NCBI GenBank assembly: GCA_964016885.1
Contig: OZ024741.1
Coordinates: forward strand, 301,134,001-301,198,000
Length of the DNA stretch: 64,000 nt
Direction: 5' to 3'
DNA from: Eledone cirrhosa
Lineage: Eukaryota
The translations under genes and the position numbers were made by a program. Shown here piece after piece: positions 53,772 through 64,000 of the stretch (positions are counted from its first letter, which is position 1; each line of letters opens with the position of its first letter). Under the pieces are notes generated by a model. It worked only from the letters and a program-made list of their open reading frames with translations. It had not been told where the DNA came from and searched no databases.

Positions 53772-54945
53772 ATACTTTGGGAGGGTCATGTTGCCAATAA
53801 GGAACACACGCACCAGTTGCTTTTACTTCAATTTATTATAATACATTTATAAATTTCCGGTTGGTTGGTTGGTTGGTTCCACAACCAGATGGTTGTTTAT
53901 ATATTGTCAAAGTTCTTTCGTCACACATTCTGTGACCTCTTCAGTGACTGGGGATTCCTTTCTTTGTTTTTGTGCCTCTCCTTTGTTCTGTCCTACGCCA
54001 TCTTGTTTCTGTGTGTGTGTTGTGTGCTCAGTCTGCGCATGCGCCACATCCCGGTGTCTGTATGTGTTTATATTTGTTTATTTATTTGTTTATTTACATG
54101 TTACTGGTTGCTTTCTATGTTCTTTAATTTAAAAAAAAAAAAAAAAAAGTTAACAGAAAGAGGTGAGAAGACTCTGGCCGGATACAGCCGGTTTAAATGC
54201 TAAAGGGTTAAATTTACCACAGCCTAATGGCTTACTTTGAATACAAGACTGTTTATAACTAGATTTGGGAGTACCATTGCTGTTAAAAATGAATTAAAGA
54301 ATCATCTGTACTCTACCAACATGCTAAAATAGAACATAAGGGTAAATTAAAGAACATAGAAATAAAAATAGAATCTACACGCAGAAAAGACGCAATGTTT
54401 AGACAAATCACAGAGGCAATAAACATAAATGAACTCCAACCAAAATTAAATAGAAAACATGAGTGGAACAGCAACATCACAACTTACAATTGAGGACAGA
54501 ATGAAAACACACACGCACATAGAACAAACAACCAACCAGTAACATGTAAATAAACAAATAAATAAACGAATATAAACAGACACAGACACCGGGATGTGGC
54601 GCATGCGCAGACTGAGCACACAACACACACACAGGAACAAGATGGCGTAGGACAGAACAAAGGAGAGGCACAAAAACAAAGAAAGGAATCCCCAGTCACT
54701 GAAGAGGTCACATAATGTGTGACAAAAGAACTTTGACAATATATAAACAACCATCTGGTTGTGGAACCCAGCAACCAACCGAACATTTATAAATTCCTAA
54801 ATTTATAAATGTATTATAATAAATTGAAGTAAAATCAACTGGTGCGTGTGTTCCTTATTGCCAACATGACCCTCCCAAAGTATAACAATATCGGTTTCAA
54901 CACACGTTTTCAGATAAAGAATTTTGCTAAGCAAATTCAGAAACG

Positions 54946-54948
<3 letters not shown>
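53765..54948 (+). mobile_element. Penelope-like 3' fragment with inverted pLTR copy
   Basis: RQITEAININELQPKLN at ~54400. 53765-54110 is inverted relative to ~54535-54890. A related end fragment lies at 3500-3640. Confidence 0.82.
53906..53948 (-). ncRNA. Minimal hammerhead (intact core); sister copy 54695-54737 has GAAA>AAAA
   Basis: gtca CTGAAGA g gtcaca-gaatg-tgtgac GAAAG aa CTT tgac. Confidence 0.8.
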
Positions 54949-55016
<68 letters not shown>

Positions 55017-55125
55017 TATGCATGCCAATTCTAACACATATATATCCTAGAAACGATCGTTAAATAATGAACTTTTTTTGTTTAATATAAGGAACTGTTT
55101 CATTGTTTTATTCATTATTTTTTTA

Positions 55126-55194
<69 letters not shown>

Positions 55195-55243
55195 TAATAA
55201 AATAATGAATAAACAAAGAAACAGTTCCTTATATTAAAAAAAT

Positions 55244-55385
55244 TCATCATTTTACGATCGTTTCCAGGATATATATGTGTTAGAGTTGGTATGCATATTC
55301 TATAGATCTATGTACAATATTTATACAAACTATCAGAGGGAATATACATACCTACACATATATATGCTGTCTTCAGAAATAATGA
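55244..55385 (-). ncRNA. Hammerhead with very long stem II, canonical core
   Basis: tcattattt CTGAAGA cagcatatatatgtgt..acacatatatatcctg GAAAC gatc GTA aaatgatga. 9-bp stem I; stem III is the palindrome ACGATCGT. Confidence 0.8.
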
Positions 55386-56115
55386 TATTTGTTTATTGAA
55401 AAAAACAAAGATTCAATACAATAGGTCTGTTTGGGAACAGGTTTTGAATTGACCAATAGAGAGATAGTGAGGGTCAGGATAGTAATATAGTAGTAGAAGA
55501 ACCTTAAATTATGGGTAGAGGAAGGTAGATTTCAGTTTTGGATGGAAAAGAATATTATGAATGAAGGATTATTTTAGGGAAGAAATAGGTCTTATGCTGA
55601 CCTCAGAAATAATTTTATTTGTTCATTGAATAAAACCAACAAAGATCTAATATATTCTGTCTGTATGGTAAGAGGTTTAGAATTAACCAATAGAAAGTTA
55701 ATAATTGGCCAAATGGTAAAATAGTAGTAATTGAAGCTTATTTTAGGGGTGAAAATAGGTCAGGTGGTCAGTAAAAGGTTTACAAGCAGTTGCTGTTATA
55801 GAATAGTAATGCCAATACAAATATCTAAGGTGACTAAAGTTTTAAGATAAGAATGTTAGTGAAAAAAATACATCTATGAAAAGAATATAAATTAATTTAA
55901 TTGATGGGTATAATTTATATTGATAAAATTATACTAAGACATATAGATATGATAAATAAGAGTTAGATGCAGTTGAAAAGTGCTGTTAAAGATGAGGGGA
56001 AATTAAAAGAACATAAAAATAATATACATATTATCCTACAACTCTAATAAATGTTAATAATAAAACTCCTAATAAACAAGCTAAAACACCTAAATCAATA
56101 AATCTAACTAAAAAT

Positions 56116-56904
56116 GTGTGTGGTGAGGTCATTAACAATAATTCTCTTAATAAACATCAGGATGCATCCTATAAAAACAATAAACAACATCGAAACCGTA
56201 ATAGACGAGTTACTTGGTACAATGCTCCATTTAATTTACAAATTAAGGATAATATACCTAAAAAATTCTTTAATATCCTAGAGAAAAACTTCCCGCCACA
56301 CCACAAATACCATCAAATCTTAAATAGATCAACGGTTAAATTCTCCTACTCAACAACCAAAAACATAAAACAAAATATAAGTGCCTATAATACATATAAA
56401 TGTAAAAAAACCATGAGTATACCACCAGTACATCAAACTAACCATAATATCTCCTCACATACAGGATTCACGAAAAGTTGTAACTGTAGAAACAAGGCAA
56501 ACTGTCCATTAAAAGGAAATTGCCTTGTTAATAACATAATATATAAATGTAAAGTTAACACTAAGGACTCAATTTATTCATATATAGGAGCTACCTCAAA
56601 CAAATTTAAGGTAAGATTTAATACCCACAAACATAGTTTTAAAAATGCCGCACTAGCTAATACAACATCTCTAGCTGAAATAGTAAATAGTTATAGAAAG
56701 AGGAATATAGAATATGACCTGACCCGGAGTGTGCTCAAAAGGGCCACCCCTTATCAAAATAGTAGAAATGAATGTAGATTATGTTCCCAAGAACTTTTTG
56801 AAATAATGAAATCTAAGGATATCCTATTAAATAAGCGACAGGAATTAATAATATCGTGTAATCATAAACTGAGAAAAACCTTTAAATATTATAAACCTAA
56901 TTAA
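56116..56904 (+). CDS. PLE linker + GIY-YIG endonuclease (C-terminal part of a truncated ORF)
   Basis: RRVTWYNAPF, FPPHHKYH, CNCR..CPLKGNCL..IIYKC..YIG..FKVRFNTH..CRLCSQE..LLNKRQE..CNH. Confidence 0.9.
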   Translation: MCGEVINNNSLNKHQDASYKNNKQHRNRNRRVTWYNAPFNLQIKDNIPKKFFNILEKNFPPHHKYHQILNRSTVKFSYSTTKNIKQNISAYNTYKCKKTMSIPPVHQTNHNISSHTGFTKSCNCRNKANCPLKGNCLVNNIIYKCKVNTKDSIYSYIGATSNKFKVRFNTHKHSFKNAALANTTSLAEIVNSYRKRNIEYDLTRSVLKRATPYQNSRNECRLCSQELFEIMKSKDILLNKRQELIISCNHKLRKTFKYYKPN

Positions 56905-57364
56905 TATACACTTTAGAAATTAATTTATAAATTATTTTTAATTTAGTTAACCTATAATTAATATTCTACTACTGATGAACTACATAATTCTGCTTTAAAA
57001 ATTATAAACCTAATTAATATACACTTTAGAAATTAATATATAAACTATTTTTAATTTAGTTAACCTATAATTAATATTCTACTACTGATGAACTACATAA
57101 TTTTGCTTTCCTTCTTACAAATATCATTTCCTAAAACTGATACCATTAAGTAAACATATATAATGCTTTAACTTCAGGTTATGACTCTATGTTCCTTGAA
57201 AACTATATATATTTACTACTTCTCACTAATAAATTTAATCCCCTCCCCAATAATTATATGTATATATAAGTGTATATGTGTGTGTATATATGTGTGTATT
57301 TATGTATATGTGCATGTATATATCTATGTGTATATATATATATATATATATGTATATGTGTGTA

Positions 57365-57403
<39 letters not shown>

Positions 57404-57462
57404 ATGTGTGTGTGTGTATGTGTATACATATGTATATATATATATATATGTGGATGTATATG

Positions 57463-57493
<31 letters not shown>

Positions 57494-58181
57494 GTGTATA
57501 TGTGTGTGTATATATATATATGTATAAGTATATATATATATATACTATTTTTATGTTCTTTTAATTTCCCTTCATCTTTAACAGCAATTTTCAACTGCAT
57601 CTAACTCTTATTTATCATATCTATATGTTTTAGTATAATTTTATCAATATAAATTATACCCATCAATTAAATTAATTTATATTCTTTTCATAGATGTATT
57701 TTTTTCACTAACATTCTTATCTTAAAACTTTAGTCACCTTAGATATTTGTATTGGCATTACTATTTTATAACAGCAACTGCTTGTAAACCTTTTACTGAC
57801 CACCTGACCTATTTTCACCCCTAAAATAAGCTTCAATTACTACTATTTTACCATTTGGCCAATTATTAACTTTCTATTGGTTAATTCTAAACCTCTTACC
57901 ATACAGACAGAATATATTAGATTTTTGTTGGTTTTATTCAATGAACAAATAAAATTATTTCTGAGGTCAGCATAAGACCTATTTCTTCCCTAAAATAATC
58001 CTTCATTCATAATATTCTTTTCCATCCAAAACTGAAATCTACCTTCCTCTACCCATAATTTAAGGTTCTTCTACTACTATATTACTATCCTGACCCTCAC
58101 TATCTCTCTATTGGTCAATTCAAAACCTGTTCCCAAACAGACCTATTGTATTGAATCTTTGTTTTTTTCAATAAACAAATA

Positions 58182-58317
58182 TCATTATTTCTGAAGACAG
58201 CATATGTAGGTATGTATATTCCCTCTGATAGTTTGCATAAATATTGTACATAGATCTATAGAATATGCATACCAACTCTAACACATATATATCCTAGAAA
58301 CGATCGTAAAATGATGA
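58182..58317 (+). ncRNA. Sense copy of the long-stem-II hammerhead
   Basis: Same motif, with the first stem II pair a C.A mismatch and a short deletion in the TA arm. Confidence 0.72.
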
Positions 58318-58545
58318 ATTTTTTTAATATAAGGAACTGTTTCTTTGTTTATTCATTATTTTATTAATTTATCTTGACTCTGTTTTCCGTTTATTTTTCA
58401 CCGAAAGTAGTTCTTGAATGCATCTTCTCTTTTCATGATATCCGGATTACATTGAGTTCTTCATACGGATTGGACACTACCGTAAACTTTTGGTAGATTC
58501 ATCTACATACTTTGGACACTACCGTAAACTTTTGGTAGATTCATC

Positions 58546-58601
<56 letters not shown>

Positions 58602-60786
58602 GAAAAGATACATTGTCGTTTGGAGAGTGATCTGAGTGTGTTTATGTGTGAAAGATCAAATGAAAGGAAGTGAATAAATATAGCAGGTTACAGACAAAGA
58701 ATGGGTTAACTGGAGAGAGAAAGCTATGCATCTGACATAGAAAGAAGGATGAGTTAAGACGGGAAAGTCATGCACATAACATAAAAATACTTAACCCATT
58801 CTTGAGCTGCTCCTTTCCTCTCTCTTCTACAGCTACTGTCCTTAAAGTAGAACCTTTATTCTACAATACATTTAATATATATATTCTAGAATAGATCTTG
58901 GTGTCCGTGCCAAATATTATCATGATTCGATGAGAATGGGCGACATTGTTTCATGAGAAACAGACATACTAAACACCGATTTCTACATTTAAAAGGAATT
59001 TAAATTATAATTAATTCTTCCTAAAAATTTCATTTATATCTCCTCGCAACAAAACAATACAATTAAAGAGAAAAGAAATAACTACTGTAACACCTTCATT
59101 TTAAGTAAAACACGCTTTTTAGAATCTCAAAGGAGTCAACATTCTCTAATATTAATTGATTTAATTATTTACTTTATTATTTTTTCAATTATTTTCATTT
59201 TGTGCAAATCAATTTTTTTGTTTTTGTTTTGTCAGACTTTTGCTAGAATGATCAAATCACTATTAAAAATCGCTCAATATTCCAGAAACAATGGTGATTT
59301 AAGTTAATTGCAAAATCTTGATCAATTGTTTCTCATATTTAATTGTATATGATATAATACCCCTTAATTGAAATAAGGATAATTTGTGTATCGACATGTC
59401 CAACAACGTAAAGGATGTCTAGTGAAATAAGTTGGAAGAATTCATATTTAGTTTTAGAAATACATATTTCTGCATACTTAATAGTTATAAAAATATTATT
59501 TATTCACATATTGGCTTGCCCAACGTCTACCTAGTAGAATAGTGAGTGTATGATATGTGATCAAATCATGTCGTTTATAATTCAGCAACAAAATGTAAGT
59601 GTAGAGTAATTGGCCTTGTCTAGATATAATATTTGAGTGTCATTTCGTATTACAAAAGAAATAGCACTCGATATGTAAACATTGAGGTAATTTATGTATT
59701 GCATTACATTGTATTAATAGTATATTTGAAACGCTATCAGTTTCATAGACATGGCATACATTTCCCATTAGTCTTGTCTGCGTAAATACCGAGAACGGTG
59801 GGTAAATCTTGTGGTTATATGTTCCAAACTTGTAGCAGAGTCAGATGTAAATAACTATATATGTAAAAGTGAAGGGGAAAATGTATTTGCATATTTGTGT
59901 GTTATGAGCGTCAATTCAGAGAAAGAAAGACGAAGGTTGCCGGTATATTTCTTCCTCTTAAATTAATCATCTGAACCAGTAAATGTATTGGGATCGTATT
60001 AGTTGACTGTGCACGACTGCTAAAATGGATTGCCTTGTACCAAGTTTGGCAATGGATATTTGTATTACGAAAAGCATATTCAGATAGAGACTACTTGTCT
60101 CCCTTTACTGATGTATTATTTAATACCTTTTTCTAACAGATGGTTCTGAGCTCACCACCTTATCATCTTACAGTACATAGACTGAATCTAATAATAACGC
60201 ACTATTCATTTGCATTGTTAGTTTTGACGAATCTTTGACTGTATAATAATAATTAACACAATGTGGAGTTGATAAATATACTATGTATTTCTGTATACCC
60301 AGCTTTGTTCAGAATGTGATACGATTGTCTGAGAATGTGTATGATTTTGATGCATGTGTTGATTTCGCTGTTTACATCATTGTTGGAGTTTGTGATTAAA
60401 GAAACTACACACATTGCCAACGTTATTGATTCCTTTCACGTATCGTTGCAAGATAATTTCAACAAAAGTTAATAAAGCAATGACTGAAATAAATAATTTC
60501 CCAATGGTATAATAACTACATTTCAGCCATGCAATAAAGAAATGATATTATGATGTGCTTATTTGTACGAGAAATATGTATCGTTAAATAACTTTCATGG
60601 TAGTCTTTATTTTTTTAATTATTGAAATTGCGTTACCTTGTTGTCTGTTCGAAATATAATATATAACAGACTGACAAGAAGCATAAAATAAGATTAAAAT
60701 ATATTAAAGATCCAAAATAACTAATTCAAGCTAAACAAGAATTTAATCGAAAATTAAAAAAAAAAAACATCTTAAATAAATACAAA

Positions 60787-61138
60787 TACCGTATTTCCCA
60801 GCGTTGAAGACGCTATATCTTTCCTTAAATAAATCTCGAAAATCTACCATGCATCCTAGAGTCCGAAGGTTGCGTTTCTCATAGGCATATCCTGACGCCC
60901 AGATAAAAATGATCTATACTAGACAGTAATATCTAAACCCCTGTATATGTCATCTCAATGAAGTGTATAAATTATACTTAGTTAAAGTATTAAATAAACA
61001 AAATATTATTTAAAAATAGATAACAAGACGCGAAGTGCTGAGAACATATTTAAGTTATCATATTTATGTTATCATTGTTTTTCAAATTTTTGCTTATCAA
61101 AATTCGGGTGCGTCTTCGACGACGAGAAATATGGTATG
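60787..61138. mobile_element. Pogo/Tigger-like MITE
   Basis: TIRs taccgtatttcccagcgttgaagacgc / gcgtcttcgacgacgagaaatatggta, flanked by TA. Confidence 0.7.
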
Positions 61139-64000
61139 TGCAAGCAATGACATTACTACCAATAACTCTAAAATAACAACTGAACTGAATACAGTAGATA
61201 TGTCAACAATAGTTCGGAGTACAAAAGGGGAAAGTTGAATAGTACCCTTGCAATTAAATACGTTGTACTCGTCAGTGACCGTTCCAGAGTGCCTCTGATA
61301 TCGGGTAGGTTAGGGAACACTCTATAGCTATAAAGGGCTACTGTTATATAAGCTGGTGCGTTACCCGAATAAGCAGACGTGGACCAAAGTGGCGAATTCA
61401 CCATGATGCAGTGTAACAGTTCGGTCAATCTGAACCTAAAACCTGCTACTGAAATCCTATGAGACTTTCGTGACGAGGTGAGTAAAGGCGCAATGAGGGT
61501 ATGCATTAGGTCGGGTCAAATAAAGCTGAAGCTCGGTACTTCCCCACAGCCTACTACCGGCTACCTAGTTTTGCATCGTTGCTTGCCACATGGCAATCTG
61601 TTACTCCGTACGAATGAGGAATACATGTGTTGTCTATCACCATTATCAACAATTATTTATGGGGGTTTCGATTTTGTCCGATATATCACAAGATAGGTAT
61701 ATAGGGGAAAAAGTGATACAAAACACTGTTAGCTGAATTTGAAATATCCGAACACTAGTTGCTCCTCGAAATTAAATATGGTTCTCTTCAGGGAACAAGT
61801 TTCAAAATACATTTGCTTGAGTTGACCTTCCGAGACATTTATCATGTTTTGCGCTTGCTAATTCAACACTTAAAATTGTATTTTATATACTGCCAAGATT
61901 ATGTTGATTATATACAATACGGTTAGATAAAAGTACTTCGGTAGTGGGATCTACATACTAAATACACATGCCGTGCGGAAATACATATTATGATATAATG
62001 AGTTGAGAATCTACGATGAACAGAGATTATCTTTGCATTTAAAAGACAGACATTCCCCCGTAAAATCTTAAAGTAAAATGAATAGACTGAAAAGAACTCG
62101 GATAATATCGACAAGAATGCTTTAGCATCACTGTAGCTCACTGACAGTTGTCAACAAATGAGTAAAAGTGTGAAACAATATATTGCAATTACCCAGCTAT
62201 TTTAGGATAGACCCTTAACAGATAGCCATGCACAATAATCGTAGTGATATTTTGCTGTTTTGCTGGATGTTATATTAATACTGTAAACGGAAGTCGCCTC
62301 CCAATTTTTGTATGTATGTCCTTTAAAAACATACAATTCTTTATGCGTCGGGAAAGCCTTGCGGTTAAAACGTCTGCGTCCCAAACATATGGTAACGACT
62401 TTGATCACATAACACAGTAATGTGTTAAAGAGTCATTCTACTATAGCTTCTGGTTAAACGTTTTGTGAATGTAATGTGATATATTCAAATAAATGCCGGG
62501 ATCGATGCGATCGAGTGTGTTATTGAAGAAAGTAATCTGACATTACTGTAGTCTAATAATTAAAACCAGTAAAAGAAAACCAGCATAAATCAGTCGAAAA
62601 TACTAATGGGGGTAAATTGCGAAGTTAATTACTCAATTAATTGGCTGCTGATACAAAGACGTTTCCTGTTTCGATATAAACCTTACTGAAGCGGACATTT
62701 TGTGTCTAATATGTTTCGTTCTAATGAATGCAAAATGGAAGATAACTTATTTGATTTCAGATAGAAATATTTGTGAATATCTATTACTTACATTTGTAGG
62801 ATTTTGAAGCTGCAAAATACTGTGTTGTTTCTGTATATTAAATATTCGCTCTCCCATACTGACATATGTCCCCAAATTCATACACACAAATGTATAGACA
62901 CAAACAAACACGTTCAAAAACTGATAAATATAAATACATATTGTATACATTAAATTATATGTACGTTGAAATATATGGTGATAAAATACTAGATTACTCT
63001 GACCACTCAAGGTAGAAAGCTAAGAACAATTGAATATCTCCATTATTTTAAATACATTTTTCATAATGTAACATTACTGTTTGTATTGAAATGTAACCTT
63101 AGTTTGCCCTGTTAGAATTTTCAGATTCAGTAACGTGTTGAGATCTCACTTGAAGTAACAGCGGTTCGCCTAGCATCAGCAAGGTCATGCTGTATTCGTG
63201 ACCAAATCCCTCAATTTCAGAAGCAACAAATAATTAACTTATATATCAAGCTTAGTGTATACTCCATGTCAATTTCTTACAATTAATGGGAATATCGATA
63301 TGTAGTACTTAAGAGGTTGTATCTGAAAAGAGGACCAGGTTGTACTTTCTCCTCAAACCTTGGTTGGGATTTGAAAATTACACGAAGCTTCATGTGCATC
63401 TTCTTGCATTTTCTCTCACAAAGCAATTTATTGTAGCAGGATGCTTCTAAAACTGTTTGTCTTACTGCTTCTTTTTTCACTAAAGGTAATTCTAACTAAA
63501 CTAACCCATAATATCCTTAATCCTGGTTATTTAGGTATTCAGGATTTTGATAATTGTTTCTACATTTGATACAAATCCAGTAATTGGAAGGGATGGGGTA
63601 ATTCGATTAAATCGAAACCAATGCTTTACTGGTACAATATTTTATCGACCTTGTAAGGATGAAAGACAACGCTAACTTGGCTACCTGGGGTGATTTGAAC
63701 TCAGAACGTAAAGGTTCGTAACTTTATGCTATAAACCATACTGTCGGCTACCTTCAGGGTCATTTCGGATGCGTTGCTGAGCTCAATCTAGCAGCTCTCC
63801 GTCAGGTATAATTTCACTGTGAATCTCTATTTACTCCGTCCAGCCATGTATGTTGACACTATGCACTCTCCCTTCTATTACTTGCTTCTTCTTCTTTCTT
63901 CTTCTTTTCGTATCTTCGAAGCATATGGTTATATGACAGTTTCCCATTTCTTTACACAGTCCTTTGCATTATTATTAAATTCTGCGAGATCTTTTAAGCT

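Larger units (their letters stand above)
55190..58372 (+). mobile_element. 5'-truncated Penelope-like (Naiad-like) element with ~830-bp inverted terminal repeat
   Basis: 55190-56025 is the reverse complement of ~57545-58372. The repeat encloses the GIY-YIG ORF. Confidence 0.9.

Noticed and set aside
56888-57110. CTGATGA in a ~115-bp tandem duplication after the GIY-YIG stop
   Set aside because: No stem II or GAAA..NUH partner; it is a simple local duplication.
56116-57120. Selenocysteine/SECIS recoding, as reported for some Naiad PLEs
   Set aside because: The conserved Cys codons here and at the window start (KCNCR) are TGT/TGC, there is no in-frame TGA, and I saw no convincing SECIS.
63283-63480. 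65-aa minus-strand ORF as a host exon
   Set aside because: Weak acceptor, no recognisable domain and no partner exons.

Overview
AT-rich eukaryotic DNA with many microsatellites and no convincing host gene. The Deu/Nin- and CORE-type SINEs and the repeat landscape suggest an octopod cephalopod intron or intergenic region (inference). The window is mostly decayed transposons: at least four Penelope-like elements (PLEs), R4/Dong-, RTE- and CRE-like LINE remnants, a deleted Gypsy element, a mariner, two Helitron-like non-autonomous elements, foldback MITEs and about 14 SINEs. The main signal is about 18 type I hammerhead ribozyme (HHR) motifs from about 12 unrelated sequence families, all folded by eye. 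Nearly all have a minimal, palindromic or near-palindromic stem III, consistent with dimeric cleavage. Five families carry a 40-100 nt insertion in stem II. Two non-coding families are ~420-nt tandem or terminally redundant units with one HHR each (retrozyme-like). Most small foldback structures are HHR-bearing terminal repeats paired with a partial inverted copy. No ribozyme activity or expression can be shown from sequence alone.
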